DNA from: Escherichia coli
Lineage (GTDB): Bacteria > Pseudomonadota > Gammaproteobacteria > Enterobacterales > Enterobacteriaceae
Length of the DNA: 64,000 nt
Strand: one strand, 5' to 3'
NCBI RefSeq assembly: GCF_050920415.1
Contig: NZ_CP169309.1
Of this stretch, positions 12,654 to 25,014 are shown in pieces. The position numbers and the translations under genes were made by a program. The notes below the pieces were generated by a model. The model saw only the letters and a program-made list of their open reading frames with translations. It had not been told where the DNA came from and ran no database searches. Positions within the stretch are counted from its first letter, which is position 1; the number at the start of each line of letters is the position of its first letter.

Positions 12654-12837
12654 GGCCTGTCCTTAACTGTATGAAATTGGGATACAACAGGTAGCATACC
12701 CGCTCAGAGAATATGCGGAAGTAAGGATTTAGCATATCTATATGCAGAAGGGAAATAATGACATGCAAGATGGAATAAGGGGTGGCATAAGCCACCCCTG
12801 TTTCACACAAACGGTTTACAAAATAACCGGTAGATTG

Positions 12838-13599
12838 TTACCGCCACATCGCGTGTTTATCGCGATAGCAATCGACCCACATCGCCGTCGCGCCACAAAC
12901 GGCAACGGGCATGATGAACAGGTTAAGCAGCGGGATCATCGTAAACAGGCTGGTTAAAGCACCAAACTGCATATTGGTGATTTTGCGTGTGCGCAGGGCG
13001 GTACGCATCTCTTTAAACGGCACTTTGTGGTTATCGAAGGGGTAATCGCAATACTGGATGGCTAACATCCAGGCGCTAAACAGGAACCACAGTACCGGTG
13101 CGACGGTTTGCCCAATGCCAGGGATGAAGTAAAGAATTAGCAATACAATTGCGCGCGGCAGATACCAGGCAAATTTTTGCCATTCGCGTTTCATGATTCG
13201 CGGCACATCTTTCATGATACCGAAAATTCCAGTATCTGGCGGTGTAGCGCCAGTCAGTCTTGCTTCCAGTTGTTCAGCCAATAAACCGTTGAACGGAGCA
13301 GCAATCCAGTTAGCAATCGTTGAGAAGAAATAGCCAAACACTAACAGCACAGAGATGACAGCCAGGGGCCACAACAGATAGCTCAGCCATTGTAACCAGT
13401 CCGGAACATAACTCATGAGAGTCGGGATCCAGACATCGAGTTGCGTAAAGAGCCACCAGAATGCGCCCCCCATCAACAAAATATTGACCAACAGCGGTAA
13501 AATAACAAAACGCCGAATCCCTGGTTGCGAGACGAGCTTCCAGCCTTGCGCAAAATAGTAAAAACCGCTGCGTGGGGCAGATGTGAATGATGAAACCAT
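12838..13599 (-). CDS. cysZ: sulfate transporter CysZ
   Basis: 253-aa polytopic membrane protein; divergent from zipA. Confidence 0.9.
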
Positions 13600-13828
13600 A
13601 ATCAGGATGAGCTCCTTTTGACCAATCCCAGGAAAATTCTGCGTATTTTACCGGGTAATTGCGCAATGGACAGTTAGGATATGTTCGAAAAAACAGCAAA
13701 AAGCACGATTTCATCTATCTTTGTGCTGTGAAAGTTAATAGTGCACTTGCACTTGAGGTAATCGGCAAATACTCTTAGTGAGTAAATGTTTGCCGTGGTG
13801 GCAAGGTGTTAGAACAACAGAGAATATA

Positions 13829-14827
13829 ATGATGCAGGATTTGCGTCTGATATTAATCATTGTTGGCGCGATCGCCATAATCGCTTTACTGGTACATGGT
13901 TTCTGGACCAGCCGTAAAGAACGATCTTCTATGTTCCGCGATCGGCCATTAAAACGAATGAAGTCAAAACGTGACGACGATTCTTATGACGAGGATGTCG
14001 AAGATGATGAGGGCGTTGGTGAGGTTCGTGTTCACCGCGTGAATCATGCCCCGGCTAACGCCCAGGAGCATGAGGCTGCTCGTCCGTCGCCGCAACACCA
14101 GTACCAACCGCCTTATGCGTCTGCGCAGCCGCGTCAACCGGTCCAGCAGCCGCCTGAAGCGCAGGTACCGCCGCAACATGCTCCGCGTCCAACGCAGCCG
14201 GTGCAGCAACCCGTGCAGCAGCCTGCCTATCAGCCTCAGCCTGAACAGCCGTTGCAGCAGCCAGTTTCGCCACAGGTCGCGTCAGCGCCGCAGCCAGTGC
14301 ATTCAGCACCGCAACCGGCACAACAGGCTTTCCAGCCTGCAGAACCTGTAGCGGCACCACAGCCTGAGCCTGTAGCGGAACCGGCTCCAGTTATGGATAA
14401 ACCGAAGCGCAAAGAAGCGGTGATTATTATGAACGTCGCGGCGCATCACGGTAGCGAGTTAAACGGTGAACTGCTTCTTAACAGCATTCAACAAGCGGGC
14501 TTCATTTTTGGCGATATGAATATTTACCATCGTCATCTTAGCCCGGATGGCAGCGGCCCGGCGTTATTCAGCCTGGCGAATATGGTGAAACCGGGAACCT
14601 TCGATCCTGAAATGAAGGATTTCACTACTCCGGGTGTCACTATCTTTATGCAGGTACCGTCTTACGGTGACGAGCTGCAGAACTTTAAGCTGATGCTGCA
14701 ATCTGCGCAGCATATTGCCGATGAAGTGGGCGGTGTAGTGCTTGACGATCAGCGCCGTATGATGACTCCGCAGAAATTGCGCGAGTACCAGGACATCATC
14801 CGCGAAGTCAAAGACGCCAACGCCTGA
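13829..14827 (+). CDS. zipA: cell division protein ZipA
   Basis: ORF 13778..14827 trimmed to [21 protein letters not shown] (N-terminal TM anchor), long P/Q-rich linker, C-terminal FtsZ-binding domain. Confidence 0.9.
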
Positions 14828-14857
14828 TACACTTAAGGCAAATTAACTCCTCTTCGA

Positions 14858-14880
14858 ACCCCCGCTTGTCGGGGGTTTTT
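14858..14880 (+). terminator. intrinsic terminator downstream of zipA
   Basis: cccccgcttgtcgggggttttt hairpin plus T-run. Confidence 0.55.
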
Positions 14881-14888
14881 AGCATTGA

Positions 14889-16913
<2,025 letters not shown>

Positions 16914-16914
16914 G

Positions 16915-17133
16915 ATGGAAAAAGAGCAGCTGATTGAAATAGCCAATACGATAATGCCGTTTGGCAAATACAAAGGGCGTCGATTAATCGACCTGCCGGA
17001 GGAGTATCTTCTGTGGTTTGCCCGCAAAGATGAGTTCCCGGCAGGGAAGCTCGGTGAGCTAATGCAAATCACGCTGCTGATTAAAACCGAGGGGCTGACG
17101 CAACTGGTCCAGCCCCTGAAACGCCCACTTTAA
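16915..17133 (+). CDS. ypeB: small conserved protein YpeB (DUF3820 family)
   Basis: ORF 16822..17133 trimmed to the ATG 1 nt after the ligA stop, giving 72 aa MEKEQLIEIANTIMPFGKYKGRRL... Confidence 0.8.
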   Translation: MEKEQLIEIANTIMPFGKYKGRRLIDLPEEYLLWFARKDEFPAGKLGELMQITLLIKTEGLTQLVQPLKRPL

Positions 17134-18128
17134 GCTTTATCGGCGCTGCTTTCCTGCTGCGCCTGTAACTGTTCGGTCTGGCGTTTGTATCGACGCGCCA
17201 GCACCGCACAGACCATCAATTGGATCTGATGGAAAATCATCAGAGGCAGCACCATCATACCGATCACCGATGTGGGGAACAGAATGTTTGCCATCGGGAT
17301 GCCATTTGCCAGACTCTTTTTCGAACCACAAAAGACGATAGTAATTTCATCTGCCTTATTGAAGCCTAGTCGGCGTGCCATAAAGACGTTAACTACAATC
17401 ACGATAGCCAGAAGAACGCAACTGACCACCACGATAAACAGCAATGATCCCCAGCCAACTTTGTGCCAGATACCGTTAACGACGGCTTCGCTGAATGCCG
17501 TATAAACCACCAACAGAATGGACGTCTGGTCAGTTTTCGCAATCCATTTTTTATTACGCGACACCCAGTCACCAATCCACGGCCGCGAAAGATGCCCCAA
17601 CACAAATGGCAGCAGCAGTTGCAGCATTATCTTACCTACCTGCTCAAGGCTGCCCCCTGCACCGTGAACATTCATCACCAGGCCAACCAGCAACGGTGAA
17701 AGGAAAATCCCCAGTAGGCTGGATGCTGACGCAGAACAAACCGCCGCCGCGACGTTACCGCCCGCCATTGACGTGAAGGCGATTGCAGACTGCACGGTCG
17801 CGGGGAGAATGCACAAGTAGAGAAAACCGGAGTAGAGCATCGGGTCGACATTTACCGGTTTCCACCACGCAAACAGCACGCCCAGAATCGGAAACAGCAC
17901 GAAGGTGCTGCACATTACCCATAAATGCAGTCGCCAATGACCACCGCCTGCAATAATGGCCTCTCGCGATAACTTCGCGCCGTGCATAAAGAACAGCAGA
18001 GCAATGGCTGCGGTAGTCAGATTTTCAAAGAAGGGAACGAAATCGCCCCTGGCCGGAAAGAAAGAGGCCAGCAACACCACCGTGATCAGGGTTAAGGTGA
18101 AAGGATCGAGGATACGAAAAAGTTTCAT
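17130..18128 (-). CDS. yfeH: bile acid:sodium symporter family membrane protein YfeH
   Basis: 332-aa polytopic membrane protein; synteny. Confidence 0.85.
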   Translation of the reverse strand: MKLFRILDPFTLTLITVVLLASFFPARGDFVPFFENLTTAAIALLFFMHGAKLSREAIIAGGGHWRLHLWVMCSTFVLFPILGVLFAWWKPVNVDPMLYSGFLYLCILPATVQSAIAFTSMAGGNVAAAVCSASASSLLGIFLSPLLVGLVMNVHGAGGSLEQVGKIMLQLLLPFVLGHLSRPWIGDWVSRNKKWIAKTDQTSILLVVYTAFSEAVVNGIWHKVGWGSLLFIVVVSCVLLAIVIVVNVFMARRLGFNKADEITIVFCGSKKSLANGIPMANILFPTSVIGMMVLPLMIFHQIQLMVCAVLARRYKRQTEQLQAQQESSADKA

Positions 18129-18217
18129 AAAGACTCCAGATGATCGATGGTTCTATTGTGCTTCTTCCAGTTTGAGAAATAAAATTGATTTATTGCATCC
18201 ATTCATGAAGAAAACAG

Positions 18218-19144
18218 ATGAATTATTCTTTAAAGCAATTAAAGGTTTTCGTCACAGTAGCGCAGGAGAAAAGTTTTAGTCGTGCAGGAGAGCGTATCGG
18301 CCTGAGCCAGTCGGCAGTGAGTCACAGTGTGAAGGAGCTGGAAAATCATACTGGTGTTCGCCTGCTGGACAGAACCACGCGTGAAGTGGTGCTTACAGAT
18401 GCAGGGCAGCAGTTGGCTTTGCGTCTTGAGCGACTGCTGGATGAACTTAACAGCACGTTGCGCGATACCGGGCGTATGGGGCAACAACTGAGCGGAAAAG
18501 TTCGGGTCGCTGCCAGCCAGACCATTTCCGCGCATCTTATTCCGCAATGCATTGCTGAAAGCCATCGCCGCTATCCAGATATTCAGTTTATCCTCCACGA
18601 TCGTCCGCAGCAGTGGGTGATGGAAAGTATTCGCCAGGGAGATGTCGATTTTGGCATCGTCATCGATCCAGGCCCAGTGGGCGATCTGCAATGTGAAGCG
18701 ATTCTTTCCGAGCCTTTCTTTCTGCTTTGCCATCGCGATAGCGCTTTGGCCGTGGAAGATTATGTACCCTGGCAGGCATTACAGGGAGCGAAATTGGTGT
18801 TGCAGGATTACGCGTCAGGCAGCCGACCGCTGATTGACGCAGCGCTGGCGCGCAATGGTATTCAGGCGAATATTGTGCAGGAGATTGGTCATCCGGCGAC
18901 GCTGTTCCCGATGGTAGCCGCAGGCATCGGCATCAGTATTCTTCCCGCACTGGCGCTACCATTGCCTGAAGGTAGCCCGCTGGTGGTAAAGCGCATTACG
19001 CCGGTGGTTGAACGCCAGTTGATGCTGGTGCGCAGGAAGAACCGTTCACTTTCCACCGCCGCTGAAGCGTTATGGGACGTAGTACGAGACCAGGGCAATG
19101 CGCTAATGGCTGGGCGGGAAGGGGATCCGTTGTATCAGATATAG
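18218..19144 (+). CDS. yfeR: LysR-family transcriptional regulator YfeR
   Basis: 308 aa with N-terminal LysR-type HTH ([35 protein letters not shown]); divergent from yfeH. Confidence 0.85.
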   Translation: MNYSLKQLKVFVTVAQEKSFSRAGERIGLSQSAVSHSVKELENHTGVRLLDRTTREVVLTDAGQQLALRLERLLDELNSTLRDTGRMGQQLSGKVRVAASQTISAHLIPQCIAESHRRYPDIQFILHDRPQQWVMESIRQGDVDFGIVIDPGPVGDLQCEAILSEPFFLLCHRDSALAVEDYVPWQALQGAKLVLQDYASGSRPLIDAALARNGIQANIVQEIGHPATLFPMVAAGIGISILPALALPLPEGSPLVVKRITPVVERQLMLVRRKNRSLSTAAEALWDVVRDQGNALMAGREGDPLYQI

Positions 19145-19182
19145 AGTGAATTCATACTGCCGGGAGCTCCGGCAGTAATCAA

Positions 19183-19947
19183 TCAGAAATTAAATTTGAT
19201 GGAGTAGATTATCGCATCCTGGTAAAAATCTTCGCCCAGTTTGTCATCCGCATAACGATACTGAATCCCTGTGGTGATGTGTGAAGTTGCATTCCACCAA
19301 AGTGCGACGGCACCATTCAGACCTTCTTTGCCGCCATTACCTGCCGCGTAGGTGGCATCACGATCAAACTCGTACTCGTTCCAGTTGGTGAGGGTGAATT
19401 TCTCACTGCCCAGCATAAAGCTGTAACCTGCAACCCAACCGGCGACATAACCGTTATCGCCGGTATAATAGGTTTGGTCTGTATAGCGTTTTGCAAAGAA
19501 CGGTTTGAACCACCAACCGCTGCCGGTGAAATTGTAGCCGATCCCGTAAAGGAACATATCGTCATGGAAATTCACACGATTCGCAGAACCGTAGGTGCCA
19601 TACGCATGCAAGTAGAGATTAAATCCGGTGTCACCCAGGTAAATACGGTTGGTATTTTTAAATGTATAACGCTGCTCGCTACCCTGTTTATCATGACGAT
19701 CATTATAAAAGTTTTCCCAGTCGAAGAACCCGTACATTTCTCCCCAACTAAAGTTAGCGCCGCCTTCCAGTTCCAGATATCCAAAATCATCTTTGTGTGA
19801 TTTGGTCGACGATTTCTCAGTGGTTCTGCTAGTCCAGTCAAGATAATGAATACCTATATCAGCAAAACCGCCTTTAAATTCTGCATGGGATACTGCTGGT
19901 ATCGCCAATACAGAAGAGAGTGTCAGAGTAAAAAGATGTTTTTTCAT
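19183..19947 (-). CDS. yfeN: Tsx-like outer-membrane protein YfeN
   Basis: 254 aa with signal peptide, aromatic-rich beta-barrel-like composition and C-terminal Phe; synteny. Confidence 0.8.
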   Translation of the reverse strand: MKKHLFTLTLSSVLAIPAVSHAEFKGGFADIGIHYLDWTSRTTEKSSTKSHKDDFGYLELEGGANFSWGEMYGFFDWENFYNDRHDKQGSEQRYTFKNTNRIYLGDTGFNLYLHAYGTYGSANRVNFHDDMFLYGIGYNFTGSGWWFKPFFAKRYTDQTYYTGDNGYVAGWVAGYSFMLGSEKFTLTNWNEYEFDRDATYAAGNGGKEGLNGAVALWWNATSHITTGIQYRYADDKLGEDFYQDAIIYSIKFNF

Positions 19948-20195
19948 AGCATAATTCCCTATGCCGATCGTTATTAGTTGATTGCTTAATAAAAAGGTTG
20001 ATTAAAAGCGGCATATTGTTAATGCAAGGGAAAGGAGAGTACCAATACAGTTTTTTCAGCCTATTAATAGTGAAAAAATATAAATATATCGATATCGAAT
20101 AACTATCGGATACATGAAAAAAGTGTATTGGTATGAGGTAGGGCAATCTCGTTATAAAAAGGCGTTAGATTCCACCCTACAAAAAAAGGATATAT

Positions 20196-21029
20196 ATGTA
20201 TCAGGCTCAGTTTTCTCATAACCCACTGTATTGCGTAGATATTATCAAGACTTATAAACCTGATTTCACGCCACGAGTGGCCTTTATTTTAGGTTCCGGG
20301 CTGGGCGCGCTGGCCGATCAGATTGAGAACGCGGTCGCAATTTCCTACGAAAAGCTGCCTGGGTTCCCGGTAAGTACCGTACACGGTCATGCGGGTGAGC
20401 TGGTGCTGGGTTATCTCCAGGGGGTGCCAGTGGCGTGCATGAAAGGTCGCGGACATTTCTACGAAGGTCGTGGGATGACCATCATGACGGATGCAATCCG
20501 TACCTTTAAGTTGCTGGGCTGCGAGTTGCTGTTCTGCACCAATGCGGCTGGCTCACTGCGTCCTGAAGTGGGGGCCGGCAGTCTGGTCGCATTGAAAGAT
20601 CACATCAACACCATGCCGGGAACGCCGATGGTGGGTCTTAATGATGAACGTTTTGGTGAGCGCTTCTTCTCGCTGGCGAATGCCTACGATGCGGAATACC
20701 GCGCACTGTTACAAAAAGTGGCGAAAGAAGAGGGGGTCCCTCTGACGGAGGGCGTGTTCGTCTCGTATCCGGGGCCGAATTTCGAGACTGCGGCGGAAAT
20801 TCGCATGATGCAAATTATTGGTGGGGATGTTGTTGGTATGTCTGTGGTGCCTGAGGTTATTTCAGCTCGCCATTGCGAACTTAAAGTCGTTGCGGTCTCT
20901 GCGATTACCAACATGGCGGAAGGTCTGAGTGACGTGAAGCTTTCTCATGCCCAAACGCTGGCAGCAGCGGAACTCTCAAAGCAAAACTTTATTAATCTTA
21001 TTTGCGGCTTTCTGCGCAAAATTGCCTGA
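20196..21029 (+). CDS. xapA: xanthosine phosphorylase (purine nucleoside phosphorylase II)
   Basis: 277 aa, PNP family; followed by xapB and xapR. Confidence 0.95.
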   Translation: MYQAQFSHNPLYCVDIIKTYKPDFTPRVAFILGSGLGALADQIENAVAISYEKLPGFPVSTVHGHAGELVLGYLQGVPVACMKGRGHFYEGRGMTIMTDAIRTFKLLGCELLFCTNAAGSLRPEVGAGSLVALKDHINTMPGTPMVGLNDERFGERFFSLANAYDAEYRALLQKVAKEEGVPLTEGVFVSYPGPNFETAAEIRMMQIIGGDVVGMSVVPEVISARHCELKVVAVSAITNMAEGLSDVKLSHAQTLAAAELSKQNFINLICGFLRKIA

Positions 21030-21089
21030 GTAAAACAACAATAAACGGCCTCACTGAGTGAGGCCATATGATGCGACAAGGAAACGATT

Positions 21090-22346
21090 ATGAGCATCGC
21101 TTTGCGCTTAAAGGTAATGTCCTTTTTGCAATATTTTATCTGGGGGAGCTGGCTGGTTACCCTCGGTTCTTACATGATTAATACCCTTCATTTCACCGGC
21201 GCTAATGTTGGCATGGTTTACAGTTCCAAAGGGATCGCCGCGATTATTATGCCTGGTATAATGGGGATCATCGCAGACAAATGGCTGCGTGCAGAACGTG
21301 CATACATGCTGTGTCACCTGGTGTGTGCAGGCGTACTTTTTTATGCGGCATCCGTAACTGATCCGGATATGATGTTTTGGGTGATGTTAGTCAATGCGAT
21401 GGCGTTTATGCCGACTATTGCGTTATCGAACAGCGTCTCTTATTCCTGTCTTGCCCAGGCAGGGCTTGACCCGGTGACCGCTTTCCCGCCCATTCGCGTT
21501 TTTGGTACGGTGGGGTTCATTGTCGCCATGTGGGCAGTAAGCCTGCTGCATCTGGAATTGAGTAGTCTGCAACTGTATATCGCGTCCGGTGCGTCATTGC
21601 TGCTGTCGGCTTATGCGCTGACTTTGCCGAAGATTCCGGTTGCGGAGAAAAAAGCGACTACATCGCTTGCCAGCAAGCTGGGTCTGGATGCCTTCGTGCT
21701 GTTTAAAAATCCACGCATGGCTATCTTTTTCCTCTTCGCCATGATGCTGGGTGCGGTGCTGCAAATTACCAACGTTTTTGGCAACCCGTTCCTGCATGAT
21801 TTCGCCCGTAATCCTGAGTTTGCTGATAGCTTCGTGGTGAAATATCCGTCCATTTTACTGTCAGTTTCACAGATGGCTGAAGTCGGTTTCATTCTGACGA
21901 TACCGTTCTTTTTGAAGCGTTTCGGTATTAAAACCGTCATGCTGATGAGTATGGTGGCGTGGACGCTGCGCTTTGGCTTCTTTGCCTATGGCGATCCATC
22001 ACCAACCGGGTTTATTTTGCTGTTGCTGTCGATGATTGTTTACGGTTGTGCATTCGATTTCTTCAATATTTCTGGTTCGGTCTTTGTCGAACAGGAAGTT
22101 GATTCCAGCATTCGTGCCAGCGCCCAGGGCCTTTTTATGACGATGGTAAATGGCGTCGGCGCATGGGTTGGCTCGATTCTGAGCGGTATGGCAGTGGATT
22201 ACTTCTCGGTGGATGGCGTAAAAGATTGGCATACCATTTGGCTGATGTTTGCAGGGTATGCTCTTTTCCTCGCAGTGATATTTTTCTTTGGGTTTAAATA
22301 TAACCATGACCCTGAAAAGATAACGCATCGTTCAGTTACACATTAA
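21090..22346 (+). CDS. xapB: xanthosine permease (nucleoside:H+ symporter)
   Basis: 418-aa MFS-type membrane protein; synteny. Confidence 0.95.
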   Translation: MSIALRLKVMSFLQYFIWGSWLVTLGSYMINTLHFTGANVGMVYSSKGIAAIIMPGIMGIIADKWLRAERAYMLCHLVCAGVLFYAASVTDPDMMFWVMLVNAMAFMPTIALSNSVSYSCLAQAGLDPVTAFPPIRVFGTVGFIVAMWAVSLLHLELSSLQLYIASGASLLLSAYALTLPKIPVAEKKATTSLASKLGLDAFVLFKNPRMAIFFLFAMMLGAVLQITNVFGNPFLHDFARNPEFADSFVVKYPSILLSVSQMAEVGFILTIPFFLKRFGIKTVMLMSMVAWTLRFGFFAYGDPSPTGFILLLLSMIVYGCAFDFFNISGSVFVEQEVDSSIRASAQGLFMTMVNGVGAWVGSILSGMAVDYFSVDGVKDWHTIWLMFAGYALFLAVIFFFGFKYNHDPEKITHRSVTH

Positions 22347-22597
22347 AAGGATTCGCAGCTCTGTTCCTTGGGGCTGCTTTCATGATAAAGGTTAATTAGT
22401 GAAAGATATTTTATTTTCTTCTGGCGTTGGTTTTGGCATTGGTGCTTTGTTTACAATCGTGCGATTACCTATTCCTGTTCCAAATGTATTGCCGGGTATA
22501 TTATCCATCGTGTTTATGTATGTCGGATATCTGGTGGTGAAATACTTTATGCCATGATAATTTAATACGATGTATTTTTTATATGGAGCACTTAATT

Positions 22598-23482
22598 ATG
22601 GAACGCATATATAGAACAGATCTTAAGTTGCTCCGTTATTTTCTTGCCGTAGCGGAAGAGTTGCATTTTGGTCGCGCAGCAGCGCGTTTAAATATGTCTC
22701 AGCCTCCGCTCAGTATTCATATTAAAGAGCTGGAAAATCAACTCGGCACGCAGCTTTTTATTCGCCATTCGCGCAGCGTCGTACTGACACACGCGGGCAA
22801 AATCTTGATGGAAGAATCGCGTCGATTGCTGGTGAATGCAAATAATATATTGGCTCGGGTTGAACAAATAGGTCGGGGAGAAGCAGGGCGGATTGAACTC
22901 GGGGTTGTGGGAACGGCAATGTGGGGACGGATGCGCCCGGTTATGCGGCGATTCCTTAGAGAAAATCCTAACGTTGAAGTTCTGTTTCGCGAAAAGATGC
23001 CCGCGATGCAAATGGCCTTGCTGGAACGCCGCGAACTTGATGCCGGGATCTGGCGAATGGCGACAGAACCACCGACTGGTTTTACCAGCTTACGGTTGCA
23101 TGAATCGGCGTTTCTGGTGGCGATGCCTGAAGAGCATCATCTCTCATCATTTTCCACCGTCCCGCTGGAAGCGCTACGTGACGAGTATTTCGTTACAATG
23201 CCGCCCGTGTACACTGACTGGGATTTTTTGCAGCGAGTTTGCCAGCAGGTGGGATTTTCACCGGTTGTTATTCGCGAAGTTAATGAACCGCAAACGGTAC
23301 TCGCCATGGTCAGTATGGGTATTGGTATCACATTGATAGCGGACAGCTACGCGCAGATGAACTGGCCCGGTGTCATATTCCGTCCGCTCAAAGAACGCAT
23401 CCCGGCAGACTTATATATTGTTTATGAAACGCAGCAGGTGACGCCCGCGCTGGTTAAACTGCTGGCGGCGTTGGCGCAGTAG
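22598..23482 (+). CDS. xapR: LysR-family activator XapR
   Basis: ORF 22583..23482 trimmed to MERIYRTDLKLLRYFLAVAEELHFGRAAARLNMSQPPLS (294 aa). Confidence 0.9.
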   Translation: MERIYRTDLKLLRYFLAVAEELHFGRAAARLNMSQPPLSIHIKELENQLGTQLFIRHSRSVVLTHAGKILMEESRRLLVNANNILARVEQIGRGEAGRIELGVVGTAMWGRMRPVMRRFLRENPNVEVLFREKMPAMQMALLERRELDAGIWRMATEPPTGFTSLRLHESAFLVAMPEEHHLSSFSTVPLEALRDEYFVTMPPVYTDWDFLQRVCQQVGFSPVVIREVNEPQTVLAMVSMGIGITLIADSYAQMNWPGVIFRPLKERIPADLYIVYETQQVTPALVKLLAALAQ

Positions 23483-23552
23483 ATGAGAGGCACGGGAACT
23501 GCCGGACATAGTTGGTCTGATAAGCGAAGCGCATCAGGCAATTTCGCAAATT

Positions 23553-23610
23553 GCAGATAGTAAAAAAGCGCCTTTAGGGCGCTTTTTTACATTGGTGGGT
23601 CGTGCAGGAT
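23553..23610. repeat. terminator palindrome plus 18-nt copy of the tRNA-Lys 3' end (att-like direct repeat, copy 1)
   Basis: gcagatagtaaaaaagcgcctttagggcgcttttttacat followed by tggtgggtcgtgcaggat, identical to the first 18 nt of the lysV complement at 39727. Confidence 0.6.
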
Positions 23611-23707
23611 GACTCGCTTCGCTCGCCCTTCGGGCCGTCGCCGCGAGCGGCTCCGTTGTTTCGCTGCGCTCAACTCGAACCTGCTGCAGGTTCGAATCTT
23701 TGAGTAT

Positions 23708-23765
23708 CGCAGATAGCAAAAAAGCGCCTTTAGGGCGCTTTTTTACATTGGTGGGTCGTGCAGAA
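23708..23765. repeat. second tandem copy of the terminator/att-like repeat (island-proximal boundary)
   Basis: gcagatagcaaaaaagcgcctttagggcgcttttttacat followed by tggtgggtcgtgcag (15 nt of the tRNA-Lys 3' end); near-identical to copy 1, about 155 bp away. Confidence 0.6.
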
Positions 23766-23826
23766 TCCTTATTCAGACTCTAACCTTTTGAAAAATCAAG
23801 AGATATAACACTAACAACCATCACTG

Positions 23827-23851
23827 TGGGCCTAATTATAGGCCCATTTTT
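23827..23851 (+). terminator. hairpin plus T-run just inside the island boundary
   Basis: tgggcct-aattat-aggccca followed by ttttt on the plus strand. Confidence 0.4.
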
Positions 23852-23927
23852 GAAAGCTGCAAGTAAGAATTGATTTTGGTGATTTAAGTGCACAATTTTC
23901 AGGCAGCGCGGGAGTTGCAGCGGCATA

Positions 23928-24227
23928 TCAGGAGATCATTAACCCGGATTCACCTTCCACGATCACACCACCATGTTCGGTGGTATCTCCCATACGGGCA
24001 ACGGCTTTACCGTTAATTTTGAGAACCGTTGAACCGGAAACAATAGTGTCTTTGCTACCGCTACCTTTGCAGGTGAGCTTATCACCCACCAACGCCAGCG
24101 GAACACCATTATACGTAACAAAGGTCTGCTGACATTCACTGACCGGGCCACCAATATGTGGGCGGGGGCCGGGATCAACTTTCGGGCAGGTATGGTTATG
24201 TCCTTTGAGTACCACGGCTTTACTCAT
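23928..24227 (-). CDS. PAAR-domain protein (T6SS spike tip)
   Basis: ORF 23928..24317 trimmed to the ATG preceded by AGGAGA: 99 aa MSKAVVLKGHNHTCPKVDPGPRPHIGGPV...GVPLALVGDKL...GKAVARMGDTTEHGG, Gly/Pro-rich PAAR-like repeats; start overlaps the upstream gene stop by ATGA. Confidence 0.7.
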   Translation of the reverse strand: MSKAVVLKGHNHTCPKVDPGPRPHIGGPVSECQQTFVTYNGVPLALVGDKLTCKGSGSKDTIVSGSTVLKINGKAVARMGDTTEHGGVIVEGESGLMIS

Positions 24228-24982
24228 CGTCTGTTCTCCTGCGCAGTTTTTGTGAATATGTCCAGAAGTCGCCAGTAAGCATACTCCTGTTGTCCCAGAT
24301 TCAGGCAACCATACCACCGTGGATGCAGAGGATCATCAAAACAACGAAATCCGTCATAATATTGGGCTACTGCCAGTAGCACTTCGGCCTGTCCGCCGGA
24401 TTCATAGCGGGATAGCGCCCGCCTTGCACTAGCCATCAGTTGTCGGTATATATTTTCATATAGCTCAACTGTTGGCGAAAAAGCCGTTCTTTTTTCCACC
24501 GTATACAGGCGGGTGAAAATCTGACCACTCCCCAGCCAGGCATTGTGATATTGGGGGATAATGCAGTGAGGCGTATCCGGCCCCCAGGAATGTTTATAGT
24601 GTTCACTAAGCCAGTCAACAGACCAGTCATCTTTATGTGCTATCAGGTATGCAGGTATAGTCTCATCTTGCGGGGATGTCTTTGCACTAATGTAGTGTTC
24701 AACAATTTTCTGCAATTCCGTATAGCGGACATCCTCCATAAAAAACGATCCCAGGCACAATCTGGCACTGGCAATATGTATAGCAAGCAATTGATCAGGA
24801 ACTTTTTGAGTCTCAGTCCATTGATAGCTCTGTCTGATTAATTCATCAATAGCGGATGCGGGAAGCTTTCTGTCGGTAATAACCTTACCAAAGCGGTTTA
24901 CCAGCCAGACGCGGCCCTTTTTCAGAAATTCCATCATCCGGTGCTCCGCCAGACTACGGTAAGTTGCTTCTGTTATCCTCAT
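24224..24982 (-). CDS. hypothetical cytoplasmic protein, 252 aa (T6SS operon member; immunity candidate)
   Basis: Intact ORF with GGAGAG RBS about 9 nt upstream of the ATG; no TM segment or signal peptide; position only. Confidence 0.55.
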   Translation of the reverse strand: MRITEATYRSLAEHRMMEFLKKGRVWLVNRFGKVITDRKLPASAIDELIRQSYQWTETQKVPDQLLAIHIASARLCLGSFFMEDVRYTELQKIVEHYISAKTSPQDETIPAYLIAHKDDWSVDWLSEHYKHSWGPDTPHCIIPQYHNAWLGSGQIFTRLYTVEKRTAFSPTVELYENIYRQLMASARRALSRYESGGQAEVLLAVAQYYDGFRCFDDPLHPRWYGCLNLGQQEYAYWRLLDIFTKTAQENRR

Positions 24983-25014
24983 GACTTCAGCCTCTCCCTT
25001 ACGCTATTGCAACA

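Noticed and set aside
14046-14360. Overlapping 101-aa ORFs on both strands within zipA
   Set aside because: Artefacts of the repetitive P/Q-rich linker (CAG/CCG-rich) read in alternative frames.
23611-23707. Possible small tRNA-like gene between the two att copies
   Set aside because: Only fragments of a T-arm-like sequence arranged as a palindrome; no acceptor stem or anticodon arm can be folded.
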